DNA of 64,000 bases, taken from assembly GCF_009914755.1 (NCBI RefSeq), contig NC_060941.1, one strand, 5' to 3'. Numbering within the stretch: position 1 is the stretch's first letter; each line of letters starts with the position of its first letter. Below are positions 29,032 to 46,406 of the stretch, one piece after another. The translations under genes were made by a program, and so were the position numbers. Under the pieces are notes generated by a model. That model did not search any database and had not been told where the DNA came from. It was given only the letters and a program-made list of their open reading frames with translations. Origin of the DNA: the human T2T-CHM13v2.0 reference genome, Homo sapiens.

Positions 29032-32000
29032 TCAAACCTCTTATATCCAGTAAAACAGCCTCACTGGGTCAATGGATATCATGTGGTTGCCTAACATTTT
29101 TACTTTATAAAAGGTCCTCATGAGGCCATTCGAAAGTATGAATCAAAACGCTTTAAGATGAACAGGGCCATAAGTTTGTATGAGGCTTCTCAGTGGACCT
29201 CCAGATGAAGACCAAAGTAATTACAATTTCACATTTCATTTGTGAACATGGCCAGCAGCTACGTTCATACATGAAACAGGACAATGACAACAGCACCAGG
29301 AATAGCTGCCCCTGGTCAGATGCCCTCATGAGCCCAGCTCCACAGGACAGGGCCACCAGGCCCTGCTTAGGGGAAAGCGGGGGCGGGTTTGTAGAGGAAG
29401 CCCAGCCAGCCAGCCAACCAGAGATGGGAAAAACCCATTGGGAAGAAGTTGCTTGCTCTAGCTGGACTTTGCAAAGAACAGGAAAAGATGAATCTGGACA
29501 GACAAATGGTCCTGAGTGGGGGAGCTTGGCCGTGAGCGTGACTCAGGATGTGGTCAGCAGCTGCCACACCAGGACACAAGATATGCAAAGATGCTGGGTG
29601 GTTGGTTCTTAAAGATTTTGTGCCTTGAGAAAACTAAAGGATGCAGACGTAGGCAGAAGGTGGCTCTTTAAAAGTGCTTCAGGCAAGGAGGCAGTATGGC
29701 ATGGTAGAAAGTGGTCTGGTTTTTGAGTTGAAGAGACCAGCCTTGCCATTTATTTTTCAACAGATCACTTCACCTTCTGGGCCCTAATTTCCATGTCTGT
29801 GCAATGAGAATGACATTATACTTAAGATGTAACAGGAAATGAAAGCACAAGTATAAGATCTCCCCATACTTTCATCTCATCCACTCTAACCAGGGCTGAC
29901 ATGCATGATTTTCCAGGTTGTGCACTGAACAACTATGTCTGGTGGCCAGGATGAGTGGGACCATCATCCATCTCCAGTGTCATTTCTGAAGTGCTCCACC
30001 CTGGCACTGCCTACACCTAGAGGGAGGGACACTTTTCCTAAATAGGATACAGGTGCTGTCTGTTTACCCATGGGACTCTGTCTACTGGAAGGGGGCGTTT
30101 TTCTAATTCTCAAAGAAGCATCTTTTGAACTAGTGGTGGTCTTCATCCAGCCTGCCATGACTATCTGCATTCGAATGCAGGCTGTTTATACACACATTTC
30201 TCACCCTCTATAGAGTGGAGGCTATGGTTTTCCTGTCTGGAACCAACTACTCTTTAGTACAAATTGGGGACAATTGTAGGCATGAAAACCTAATGGGACT
30301 CTGTTTATTCTGGGAATAGGGTAGAGATGAATCCTGCCTGGGATGTGGGAAAGGAAGAAAGCCTTTGACTCATCCCTTTAAGAGAAGGGGCTTTTGGCAG
30401 TCTGGAGTCTTTATCTTTTCTGAGTTCCTGGCTGACACTGATGTTTTAAAGGCTAACACAATGTGGAAGTTCCAACTCCCAGGCTGACCATTAACTCCAT
30501 CCCATGCCACAAGCACCCCAGGAAGCCAGGGTTGGAACCCAGAGTCAGGGAGAGGGGTGGCAGCCCAGGCTCGCAGGAGCCAGTTTCCTAAGCCTGGAGC
30601 ATGTCAGGCAGAATCAGGCATAGCCTGTCCTGAGTGTGCTGGAGCTGGGCTGTCCTGGAGGTGAAGAATCATACACAGAAAGGAGCACCCGAGAAATGCC
30701 CTCAGGCTAGGAGGAGAAATCCACATGACTATTGTGGAAAGTGTGGGTTTTGGTGTAGAATTTTTACTCTTTGATGATTTGAGCACTTTTCATCACCATG
30801 GTGGGCCGAGGACCTGCCCCAGTCCCCAGATATTGCTCCAGACAATGAGTTCTGCAGCCTGCAGTTACTGTTTTCCCTCTTCAGCTGCTCTACTTGGGAG
30901 CCTGGCTCTGTTAGGAAGGTGCGGGCAACCCTGTTCCCCCGCCCTAGGATTGAACCAGGATGAAGACATATCCAGGAAAGCCGCTGTGGCCAGCCTGAGC
31001 GTAAGAGAGACTGCGACTCCCTGCCCAGTGGAAATACACTATACTGCAAGATGCCAAAATGAGCCACTTGAATCCTTTTTTTCGGGAAGTCAAAAGTACG
31101 GTGAGGCATGAGAAGAAGGATCTCCAGCTCCAAGTTGTTCTCCCTCTTGTGGCTGAACACACTGTTACCATATGCTTATGAAACCATTTGCATATGGTAC
31201 AAGCCCATGTGGGAGAAATGAGAGCTCTGACAACTTCTACCTGTCTTCTGTCCTCTCCTGACAATGCATCTCCATCACTAATAGTGGCCTCTGGGTTTTA
31301 CTTTCTTCTGTGCACAAAGAAAACAACTGGTGGCACCTGTACATAGAGAATTCCAGAGGCAGGAAACTCTCCTTACTTTTGGACAGTGCACAGCAAAGAG
31401 AATGTAGTTGGAAGTTCAGCCAACCTGGATTGCAAGCCACCTGGAGCAACATGGCCTTACATGAGTCACATGACTGCTGGGAGCAACTCTCTAAAAGAGA
31501 GTGGTGAAGAAACCTAGGTCATCAGAAGGTTAAATAGAATAACGTGTGTGACTGGGCAGAGCACACAGAAGGCACCAAATATGTGTTTTTTAGATTCTTT
31601 CCCAAATCTAGGAGGTGGAACTTAGCAATAAAATGCCTTAAAACCTAAAAAAAAGTTATAAAAGTGCATTCAAGGTCATGGAAAAATATACATTAGGTAT
31701 AAAAAGGAAGGTTGTAAATGTATGTAAGATGTAACATAATAACTAGTTTGCACACACCCTTACAAAATAAAAGTTCTATAAGGATATGCACCAACCGATT
31801 TACTATGGCTAACTCTTCTAGGTTCTAGGCGCTCCGACAGGTTTCTGTTGCATTTCCCAGTGACCATGACCCCTAATCCCCTAAGCCCCTAAGCCTCCCT
31901 CTTTTCTGCTCACAGAGAACTGATGAGAGGAGAGACTCAGCTCAAAAGTGTTAAGTGAATGAAGTCATTTCTTAAAATATTGGGTTTATAGTTTCCTTTT

Positions 32001-33025
32001 TTTAAAAATAAAACAAACGATATAGTTTATAAGCTTTTTGCTAGAAAAATAATAAAATCTTATTTAAAAACATATACTGTTAACATTAATGAGATATTTT
32101 CCCACTTAAAATCTCATTTGATACTCCCATCAAATAAGATTTATTCTTTAGGATTTGAGTAATTCTGGGAATAAAGCCTTAATAAATCAGGAAGGACAAC
32201 ATAGTCATTAAGTGCCTGGGCACTGCAGACCCTGGTTTCCAAACCAGCTACTTTCTGTCTGACTTCTGCCAAGTTACTTTGCCTCTCTGAGCCAAAGTCT
32301 TCTCATGTATGAAACAGAATCATTACAGTTCTCCCCTCAGGATGTCATGAGGAGTCAAGGTCTAGGAGCAGTACCTAGCACAGCACAAGCACGATGTAAG
32401 TATTTGCTAAGTGAATGAATAAAAATATGATGATCTTTTATTATGCTGCCTGATTTGGTAATATGTGTTAGTAAATGTTTGTAACTAATTTTATCATCTC
32501 ACTCTTAGGAATTTTAAAAAATCACTTCTAGAGGTGTACAAAAACACTTGCATATGATCCTGTTCATTTCAGCATTCTATGCAAGAACAAAAAATTGCAA
32601 ACAATTAAAGTGTTCACTAAAGGAATGTTGGTTAAATAGATTACAGTAAATTCACTTAATGAAGTATGACATAGTCCTTTAAAAGCATGAAGTAGGTAGA
32701 TTTATAGGTTGATGATAGAAGTATCTATTCACAATTATTATTAAATGAAAAAATATGTAATAAAATGTTAGGTATAATATACTTTATATAGCATTAACAC
32801 AGTATCTGTGAATATTTTCAAATACAGTCCACAGTGGATATTTCTCTCATGCTACACAGACAGATCAGGGTCAGGATCTTGGCTCTGCCCCTTATTAACT
32901 GTAGAACTCTGGGAAATTCATTGAGCCCCTTGGAGCCTGTTTCTACATGTATAAAGTGGTGATAATATCAATTATTCTGCAGAGTTGTTTTAGGTTTTCT
33001 TTTCTTTTCTTTGTTTTGTTTTGCC

Positions 33026-33356
<331 letters not shown>

Positions 33357-34361
33357 TAGCAAGCAGCAGGTACTCAGGGTGGTGTTTGTTCCCACAGTGA
33401 CTGTATGTATCTGGGGGACAACACGGGTAATGCATGAGATTCACAAGTCCATATGTAACCCACACATTGTCTGTAAAATTAATAAGTGATGTGTTACTCT
33501 TTTCAAATATAAGTAGAGACTGCTGTAAATAACACAAACTCCTATTAAGTGACATTACTGAATCCATTAGGCGTGTAGGCAGATACTTTATTACTACAAA
33601 TTTAGCTATCTTATGAGTAATTCAATGTTTCTGATGTTTTAAAAGGGCCCTCATGAGGCAATTTGAAAATATGTCTCTAAAGCCTTAATATTAGGCAGGA
33701 CCCTGGGCATTGAATAAAGACTTGTTTTGAGGTCCACAGAGAGGAGACACAAGGTCACAAGATGGTCCCATGGCCAGCAAGTGGCAGAGTCCAGATCCAA
33801 AGGACGTCTGTCTGACTCCAGACCTCAGGATCTTAACCCCCACACAATAAAACAAAATGTGTAGATGCAGCTAAAGAAGAGCTCAGATGGAAATTTATAG
33901 CATTTGATGCTTATTTTAGAAAAGAAGGAAGGCTCGAGTCAACAATCTAAACCTCAGCTTTAACAAACTAAAGAAAAAAAAGGGCAAAATAAACCTAAAA
34001 CAAGCAGAAGGAAGGAAGTTTTGGTAAGTTAAAGAAGCCACTCTCAAAAGGTTACATATTGTATGAACACATGACATTATGGAAAAGGCAAAGCTACAGG
34101 GACAAAAAACATCGGTTGGTGGCCAGGGATTGGGGTGAGGCAAGGATGCCACGACAGGGAGCATGAAGCAGATTTGTGGGAGTGATCAAACTGTTCGGAA
34201 CCTTGATTGGGGTGGGGCAACAAAACTCATAGGGCAGTATACCCCCAAATAGCCTTTTTATTAAAATGATAATCTCTCACTGTTTGGAATCCTGATTGGG
34301 GTGGGGTTACAAAACTCATGGAGCGGTATACTCACAAACAGTCTTTTTATTAAAATAATAA

Positions 34362-34430
34362 TCTCTCTCTCACTCTCTCTCTCTCTCTCTCTCTCTCGAT
34401 CTCTCACACATACACACATGCACGCACACA
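34362..34430. repeat. (CT)n(CA)n compound microsatellite
   Basis: Seen directly. Confidence 0.85.
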
Positions 34431-35270
34431 ATGTTTCTCACCATGCAGGCTGTGTCTGTTCACCACTGCCAACGGTATGCCAGGTATAATAAGACTAAAT
34501 ATGTTTTTTTGTTGAATTAAAGCCATTCATTCAAAATGAATCACTGGTACCCAAAAGATGGGGTCTAACTTATGTTTAATTATAATGGGAATAAGTAGCA
34601 CTTATTGACTGCTTTTTAATTTGCCAAGTACTGCCAAAGATTGAGATGCATTATTCAAATGCATTTATAACTCTTAGATCATTCGGTTCTTTATAATGGC
34701 ATATTTCGTAGCCATTTCTATTTCTTGAAATTTCAAGTCTTTTTGGTTTTTTTGATTCTTTTGGCAAACTTTCTTAAAAGTACAAGAGCCCAAGTTGCAC
34801 AGGTAAATAATAGCAATGTAGCGGAATGACCACCAGATGGAGACAGAGAACACAAAGTTATTCAGACGCAAGGTTTTTGCCAGAGTTGTTTCCCAGGCTC
34901 AGGAGGCACAACACCTGGATATGAGGTTGCTCCCATTAGGACGCTGGTTCTCAAACCTGGCTGCTCATTAAAATCACCTGGGGACATTTACACTACTGAT
35001 GAACAGCCCCCTTCACCCCACCCCTGAGTTTTGTGGTCTGGAGTACGGTCTTGCCACTGAGAGTTTTAAAAGCTGCACAAGTGATTCTAGTTGCAGACAA
35101 GTTTGAGAACCACTACTTTCAAACATGCAACAGTGGAGGGTCTCGAGCTGGTGTGTTTCAGAATCATCTGGGGAATTCGTGAAAAACAGAGACTCAGGCT
35201 GTTGTAGCCTTCATTCTTTTGAGAAGCAGTGTATTCTGAAATGATGACATGCTAAACTTAACAATAGTTA

Positions 35271-35598
<328 letters not shown>

Positions 35599-35859
35599 AA
35601 TCAGATACAGTCTCATACTAGATTCTTTTCCAAACTGGGACAGCGGGTTTCCTCTCCAGAGAAGTATAGGCCACACATGCTGGCAGGTGCTGGAAGAGTT
35701 TCTAAAGCCATGTTTGGTTGTTCCATTTTGGGGTGTTAAGAAAAAGGCCACTCAGCCCGGTGGATTCCCAGCCTTCATGTAGTCTACTCCCCAAATTTGT
35801 TTTCACTCTCTTTTATCAAAGTGTTTAAATTATTTTATTTATTTTAATTTTTAATCTGA

Positions 35860-36000
35860 TTTTTTTTTTTTTTTTTTTTTGTAGAGATGGGGGACTCGCT
35901 ATGTTGCCCAGGCTTGTCTCAAACTCCTGGTCTCAAGCCATCCTCCTGCTTTAGCCTCCCAAATTGCTGGGATGACAGGTGTGAGGCACTGTGCCCAGAC
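35860..36000 (-). mobile_element. FLAM/Alu monomer
   Basis: Single arm with poly-T. Confidence 0.82.
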
Positions 36001-36748
36001 TAAATTATTGTAATATTACAGCTATTATGGATTCGGTTTCTAAATAACATTTGTTGTTTTTCCATATCATAAAAGTAATGAATCTCCATTGTGGAACATT
36101 TGGAAAAAACAAAACAAGACACACATGTAAGAAAAAATGACCTATTCTCCTGCCACATGGAGATAATCACAGTTATTTTGATATGTTTCATTATAGATTT
36201 TTTCATGATATGTGTACGTATGTATGGGTATACACTCTTAAGTGTGTGCTTACACGTGCTCCAAATGTGTGTGTGTGCACATGTGCACAATCCAATCTAC
36301 ATCGTGGGGAATCTACAAAGTTGTGGTCACAGTGTAGAGCCAGCCCCACAGGCCTCCCCAGAGACAAGGCCCTGGACTGCCCCCAAGTCCTCCCGAAAGG
36401 GACATCTGTGGTGGTGGTAGGGCCAGGATGCCATGAGCAACCACCTGGAGGCCCCGAGTACTCAGCGTGAACCAGGTAGTGGAAGGGAAGGGGAAGGGCA
36501 GAGTGAGAACCAGGAGGAATGCTTGCTTTTCTTTCCAAGCACAAGGGACCACTTTCTCCACTGCAGCTGACCTGATGCTTATGCCGGGAAGGAGGAGGGG
36601 CAGACTCCGTCCTCCAGGTCCCTCAGGAGGGGAGAAAGGGACCAAAGTGGGAGACTTGGGTCTGAGGTCTGAACTTGACCCTGCACCCGCATCGGTTTCT
36701 CTGGGTGGGGGTTGGGGAGGGAGCAGGCAGCCGAGGGCCCTCACCCAC

Positions 36749-36847
36749 TGCAGGGTCTTGTGGATCACGAGTGATCCTGTAGTAAGTGAGGGTTTTGTTC
36801 ACGTGGTTCAGAGTGTTACGGAGAGCTTTTGTTCTAAGCTTATTTGC
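36749..36847 (-). pseudogene. DOC2B: DOC2B-like exon 4 (C2A domain), internal deletions
   Basis: ANKLRTKALRNTLN..NKTLTYYRIT[fs]..KTL versus [37 protein letters not shown]. Acceptor tttctccag intact. Confidence 0.88.
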
Positions 36848-36886
36848 CTGGAGAAAGGAAAAAATGATCTTATTAGCACCAAAGGG

Positions 36887-37382
36887 TGTGGTAGACAGAA
36901 CGATGGCCCCCAGAGATGGCCACGTCCTAATCTCCGAAGCTGTGAATATGTTATTGACGTGGCCATGGGGAACTGAGGCTGCAGATGGGGTTAAGGTTGT
37001 TAATTAGCTGACTAATTAGGGAGATTATCCTAGACTGTCTGGGTGGCCCAATGTGGTCACAGGGTTCTTAAAAGCAGAAGAAAGGACAGAGAAGAGAAGA
37101 GTGAGATGTCACCAAGGAAGAAGGCCAGGGAGATGCAACCAGGCCGGCTGTGAAGGTGGAGGAATGGGCCACCAGCCAAGGAGGGCGGGCGGCCTCTAGA
37201 AGCTGGAAAGAGCCAGGAAATGGGTGGAATCCCCAGGCTCCAGAAGAAACGCAGCCCTGCCGACACCTTGACATTAGCCCAGGGAGACCACTGTCAGACT
37301 TCTAACCTGCAGAGCGGTGAGATAGTAAGTGTGTTGCTCTAAGCCTCTAAGTTTGTGGTCATTTGCTGCAGCAGCCATAGGA
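36887..37382 (+). mobile_element. MLT1D/E-type MaLR LTR
   Basis: TGTGGTAGACAGAACGATGGCCCCCAGAGATGGCCACGTCCTAATC...TTTGCTGCAGCAGCCATAGGA. Confidence 0.8.
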
Positions 37383-38754
37383 GGCTCATCCAAGGAGGAT
37401 CCCAGCTCCAGCCCCTGGTGCCCTGGGGTGGGTTCTGCAGGACACCTGGTGTGGAACTGGAGTCTCCTTCCCAGGGCATGCCCTGCCTTTGCGGACTGTC
37501 CCCTCTGCCTGGAACCCATCCTGGCCTCAGGCATGCTCGTGCAGTGGCCTCTCTGAGCGGGAGTATTGCCACCACTCCTTCCTCCTGTGCCAGCGACTCT
37601 GAGCTCCGTGTCTGACTCAGTCTGATGCCCGCCACCCCGGCCTAGGTTTGGAGGTCAGGCAGCCCGGGGTTTCAATTCCAGCTCTGTGGCAGCGTCAGGT
37701 TCCCCACCGTGCAAAGGACACAGGAATCCCTCTCTCGCACTGCTTTCAGGAGCTGGTCTACAAGGAGACTGCTCTTTATAAAACACCGGGGAGAGTCCCG
37801 GGGACTTCCTACAACAGGCCCTGCCGGCTCCAGTCCCACGAGTTAGGGGTCACTGAGCTCCCGCATTGGGCACACTTCCCTGGTTACACTCACTCTTGGC
37901 TCTCACATCCCTGAGCTCCACCTGCAGCATAAGGACACCCAGGCCTGGTGCGGGGAGCCATTTCTTCCCCAGGAGTAGGTGGTGGGGCACTGCCGTGTCT
38001 CCTACAGCCCTGCCTTCCCCAGAGAAGGCGCAATGTTCCCTTCTGGGGTGGTCCTCCTGGACTGCGGTGGGCCCCAGGCATACACATTTAGGTCCCCAAG
38101 TCAACTCAGACTCTGCCCTGTGAAACTAAAAATAAAGCAACACTGAAGTGTAGGATGCACAGAAGGAAGGAAGTCTAAGAAGTTCTGATTTTTCATGGCT
38201 CAAGGTCACCTTGATGCTTTTATTTAATAGCATTTTTTTCTCTCCTCTCCTAGATGCACTGTTGTGCTGGTGCCTTAAGTGCATTTGTGGTTGGCCTCTT
38301 GGCCCATCTCTCATGGGAATGAGGATTCTGTGGTCAAATACATTGGGCAGATGCTGCCTACTTCATCCCCCTTACTGAGAGTCGAGGAGCAGCCCATCAG
38401 CACATTAAAGGCTCTGGTAAGTCCTACAGTAAAGAAACTGGTTTAACAATGTTTTCCAGTGTGATCTGACCACAGTCTTTGTTTGCACATCATAGTAACC
38501 TCCAGCTGAGAATGCTTCTTATAAAATGCCAGCCTGGAAATTCTCCAGGGGTTTCCCCCGATCAGCAGGTAGGTAACGCTGGAAGGCATCCCGGGTGTGG
38601 GACAGACTGGGCGCTCTGCATGGAGGTGAGTGGCTGAGGTCTCCTCAGCTTGCTTGGGCTCTGAGGGGGAGTGGCAGCTGTGGGCTTCCCTGGACTGGTC
38701 CAGGCCCCATAGGTGGGCACAGCTGGTGGGCAAGCCTGGGTGAAACTCCCTCAC

Positions 38755-38829
38755 CTTCCTGGCTCCTGGCCGCAGGTGCAGCTTGACACAGGGGTCTGCC
38801 AGCCCATTGTGGTCCATGGGCTTCAGGTC
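38755..38829 (-). pseudogene. DOC2B: DOC2B-like exon 3 (C2A domain)
   Basis: [25 protein letters not shown] versus [25 protein letters not shown]. Donor gtgagg intact; acceptor reads GG. Confidence 0.92.
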
Positions 38830-39863
38830 CCGGGTAGAGAACAGCAAAGGGTGTGAACGGGAAATCGGGGGATGGAGCTGCCAGGGCCTGCAGGTGCCTG
38901 GGCCAGCAGATGCCCTTGTCCCCTGGGTCTCCTGGCTGGGTGCATTCATGGCCCCTGTCACAGAAGCCCCTGGCCCCACACCTCCAGACACAGGGAGTGA
39001 GGGTGGCATCGCGGTGCAATCTCCCCTCCCACAAACATCCTGGCCCAGGGCAGCTGTTAGGGGGCCTCTGTCAGGACAGACTTTCTCTCCTCGCCATCCT
39101 GAAAGCCAGGTGGCTCACCTTCCTCTGAGCCTCCCTCCCCACCCTGCTTTGGTCAGGCCCTTCCCTCGTCCTGACTCCTCTCCCCCATCTTCCCAGCACC
39201 GCCTCCTGAGAGGCCACGTCCCTCACTGACCCTAAATCCACATAACCCCGGGTCACCGTCGGAGAGGCCCCATTTCTGGCCATATTTGTCACAACTCCCA
39301 GTCAGTCCACAGAGGTCACACAAGCTGATCGGCCACAGAGGGTTCCTCCACAAGACGGCGCCCCTCACTCACTCTGCCTTCCGTTCCCTTAGAAAACCCA
39401 GCCAAGCGTGCAGACCCAGGGACACACAGAAGGATGGGCAGATAGGGGCTTCGCTGACCTCAGCAGGCTCTTGTTTCGGAAAACCGCATTTTTTTTTTCT
39501 TCTGGGCTGGAGCACAGGGCTGTAGGGAGGCAGCTGTGGCATCTGTGGGGCGCAGCCGGTAACCCCAGAACATTATTCAAAGATGCACCGCAAGGCCTCT
39601 ACCCAGCCGGGTCAGGGAGGCAGCCTGGCTGCTCACACCAGGCTCATCTCCAAGGGGAGGCTGAGTCTCCCTCCCAGGCCGACCCCACCTTGGTTTGGCA
39701 GAGCTCCGGGGGATCGGGGGGCTCCCAACCACCTACTTCTCTGCCACTGGAAGAGGGCAGAAGTTTGGGGGCCTGGCTGGCATGGTTTCTGGGCTCAGCC
39801 CCTGTATTCACTCGCTAGGAAGTGGATGAGTACTTTTCACCCGAAGCCTCAGCTTTATCATCA

Positions 39864-40427
<564 letters not shown>

Positions 40428-41319
40428 TCACCCTGGCCTCTTGCCTTTCCCACCACGTGCCTGGAGTGCAGAGTTCTGGGAATCTGGTGGCCCACCCTGT
40501 GCGGGGGGTCCCTGACCACTGTGTCTTATTCTTACAATTCGTATACATTTGTTTGTTGTAGCTCAAAATGTTTTCACTGGGTCCTGTCTCTTGACACATT
40601 TCACTTGCATATCTTTGGGCCACCAGAAGTTTTGGCATGTCTGTCCAGTGGCTCTGGTTGTCCCACCTCTGTACCCCAAGACACCCGTGGGGGCTAGGCT
40701 GGGGGTGCTGCCACACTGGGACGGAGTGATGCCTGCTCTGTCCTTCTGACCCCTGGACTGTGATGGGCCCTCTGCTGCCGCCTCTCCTCTCCTTCACCCG
40801 GCAGGCCCCTGAGCACCCTGAACAGCCACACATTTGGCCAGAAGCAAAAAGACCAGTGGGCACTGCCTGAGGCCGTGTCACCGTGCTGCCAACAGCTTCT
40901 GTGCCCAAACAGGTGGCTTCCCTGGCCCTGACCCCGGGTTCCCACCAGTGCCTCCACCCAGCCCTCTGTGGGGCTGCCCTCCCATGGAGTCTGACCTCTG
41001 TCCACAGAAGGGGGAGGGCAGGAGGCTGATTCCAGGTCAGGGAGCTGTTAGGGGGGCTCTTGGATAGACCCTCCCCAGCTAGTGAGTTGGCAAGAGACAG
41101 AAACTGACCCCATGGTTTAGGGGCGGCTCCCACGGGAGGGACAGGAGGAGTAAGCCATGAGAGGAGGCCCTGGCTGGTGCTGGCACTGAGGGGATAGATG
41201 GGGGGGCATCTGGCTTTGAGAGGAGAGCCTCTCCCCCAAACCCCAGCCCTGCCCCTCCCTGGGCCTCTCAGATGCTGTTGCTGGTGAAGTGTTCAGGAGA
41301 GGAGATTCTGATTCTCAAG

Positions 41320-41730
41320 TATCATTCAGCCTGAAAAAGGAAGTTTTGACACGGGCTGCAGTATGGATGAAGCCTGAAGACATTCTGCCGACTGAAGGGA
41401 GGTAGACACAAAAGCACAGATACTGGGTGATTGCACTTATATGAGGTTCCTAGAACAGTCACATCCATGGAGAAGGAAGCAGAAAGGCGGTTGCCAGGGG
41501 CCGGGGGAGGACGAATGGGGAGCTGTTGTTTAATGGGTCCAGTTTCAATTTTGCAGGATGAAGAGGCTTCTGGAGATGGGTTGCACACAGTGTGAAGGTA
41601 GAAGGTACTGAGCATGACTGAACTGTACCCTAAAAATGGGTGGGTGGGTGGGTGGGTGGGGAGTGAAGGAGCAAAAAGAAATGGTTGCAATGGGAAATTT
41701 ATACTTGTATATTTTAGCACAATAAAAAAA
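41320..41730 (+). mobile_element. L1MB-type 3' fragment
   Basis: L1M 3'UTR motifs (GGTTGCCAGGGGC...GAATGGGGAGCTGTTGTTTAATGGG...CTGAACTGTACCCTAAAAATGG). Confidence 0.75.
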
Positions 41731-42449
41731 CCCAAGAGTCTCCGAGGACTGGCAGTGCTCATTGAATGCTCACAACAGCCACGTAGAGCAGGGACAATCA
41801 ACCCTATTTACAGATGGGCAAACCGAGACGGACCCTTAGAAGAGCGGACAGGCAAGGGTGCACCCCGGGGCGTCCAGCCTCCCCCAGGCCCTCCAGAGGC
41901 CTGTGCCAGTCCTGCTTCTGCTTGCCCACCCTGGGCCCCTCCCCACACCCCAGCCCCAGCTCCCCACACCCCAGGACCCCGGCTCTTCCGGGAAATGCAC
42001 CACATCCCCGTCCCTGCAAAGCTGGATTCACACAGAGAAAGAACTGGGGACTGGGGGAGCCACCATGGCTCGGGGCCTCCCATCCGCACTTCCAATGCCT
42101 GAGGGATACACCCCTAAGTGGACCCCCAAGCAGATCCCCCATCCTGGAGAGATGCGGGGGTTTTCGCTCCGGGGGGGGCCACTGGTCGTCCCCACCTTCA
42201 GCTTCCGGTGGCACATTTGATCCTAGGGAAACTCCAGGCTGGCAGCCTGCAGGCCCTGGTGAATGCCTGGGCCCAGCGCAGACACCCCTGCTGCGCGGTG
42301 GAGGGGCCCTGGGGAAATCCGAGCGGGACTCTCACCAGGCAAGGTCCACATCCTGGGCAGGGTGGGGTTTGACGCTGGTTTTCTGAGTGACATGGCTGAG
42401 GCCACAGCTGGGCTGGGGCTGGTGGGGTTGGGGAGGGGTCTCCCATCCC

Positions 42450-44050
<1,601 letters not shown>

Positions 44051-45290
44051 TGCAAGGACAATGCAAGTGCACGCACACGTGTGCAGACACGTAGTGGAAG
44101 CATCCACTCGCTCATACCTGTAAGACACACACACACACAAACATATGCACACATACAGAGTTGGTTGAGGATGCTGTAACACAGTACACCCCCTAATGCA
44201 CACACACACAGACACACGCACACACAGGTGATCAAGGGCACCCAGGGGAGAATCTTCCATACCCCCAAGGACCCCTAACAAGATGCACAAACATGCACCC
44301 ATAGAAGTAATCAGGGGACCCTGGGCACAACTCCCTCTCTCCTTCCCCATCTACCAGGACGTGGAGTCACACTCCTAGGCATGTGTGGACAGGCTGCCTA
44401 CACACGGGCAGGACATGTATATGCTCAACTGTACAAGGACACTGCGGGCACACTCTGCGCACACATATTCTCAGGTCACATAAACACAGCACTCTGTAAC
44501 CTGGAGTCAGTCCCTCACTTGGTCAGTGAGTGGGCTGAAGCACCCACTGGGACAGGGTGGCTGAGAACCAGGACAGGGCCTGGTCAGGAGGGGTTGAGGG
44601 CAGGGCCTGGGAAGTGAGTGATGCAATGAGGTTGGGCAGTACCACCCCCCACCCAACCACCCACTGCAGGCCTCCCACATCATCGGGTCACTAAACAAAT
44701 CCCAGAGGGCCCAGCCCCAGCTGTTGCCTGGCTTTCCAGAAACAGAACTCGGTTGGGAATCGCTGCTGCTTGGACAGGTCTGTCCCCAGAAAGCCCTGGG
44801 CATGGATGGAGTCCTGTCTACCCTCTGGTTTCCACTGACACATTTACCTACCAACATTCTGTCCAAGTCTCCTCTTCTGAGCCCTCACCAGAATCACCCT
44901 TAATGGAGAGTCACAGGGAGAAGACGTCCACCCGCGCATGAGAAGACAGGCCTGGAACAGAGCCTTCCTGCACAGCCTCAGAAGGGACCCACCTTGCTGA
45001 CACCTTGATCTTGGACTCATGGCCTCCAGTACTGTGAGACAGTAACGTTCTGTTGTTGAAGGTGCCCAGTCTGTGGTACTGTAAAACAGCCCTAGGAAAC
45101 TAACACAGCCTGTTAGCCCACAGATGGTGGAGAGATGGAATGCTCCATGGAGCTCCAGGCTTACTGTCTGCAGCCCCCAAAGTGTGCTCCGGGACCCTTG
45201 GGTGGGTGTAGGTATGCAAGGTAATTTGGGGTGGTTCAAGGTGAAGAATTTCAATTGACATAATAATGTATTTATCTTGCTGGGTAAATG

Positions 45291-45783
45291 AGGGATCCCC
45301 AGCTGTTAGGAACCAGGCTACACAGCAGGAGGTGAGCAGCCAGCCAGTGAGCAAAGCTTCATCTGTAGAAACAGCCACTTCCCATCCCTTGCATTACCAC
45401 GTGAGCTGTGCCTCCTCTCAGATGAGCGGTGCCATTATCTCATAGGAGCGTGAACCCTACTGTGAACTGCGCATGCCAGGGATCTAGATTGCGTGCTCCT
45501 TATGAGAACCTAATGCCTGATGATCTGTGACTGTCTCCCATCACCCCCAGATGGAACCATGCAGTTGCAGGAAAACTAGCTCAGGGCTCCCACTGATTCC
45601 ACATTATGGTGAGTTGTGTAATTATTTCATTATATATTACAGTGAAATAATAGAAATGAAGCACACAATAAATGTAATGGGCTTGAATCATCTCCACATC
45701 ATCCCTTCCCCTTCTCCCGGGTCCGTGGAAGAATTGTCTTCAAGAAAACTGGTCTCAGGTAGCAAAAAGGTTGGGAACCGCTG
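45291..45783. mobile_element. MER1A-like hAT element
   Basis: CTGTTAGGAACCAGGCTACACAGCAGGAGGTGAGC...AAAAAGGTTGGGAACCGCTG. Confidence 0.82.
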
Positions 45784-45909
45784 GTGTAAATGCTTCAAGG
45801 AATAGTTAAGCAGCTTAAGGTTTACATGCTACAAAAAGTACAGGTTCAAACGCTAATAAAAATGGGTGCAAATGAAAACACTCTCTTGCTGTGGTCCAAG
45901 GAGTTTTAA

Positions 45910-46406
<497 letters not shown>

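Noticed and set aside
38443-39009. 188-aa ORF containing [12 protein letters not shown]
   Set aside because: Only 25 codons are DOC2B exon 3; the rest is intronic read-through.
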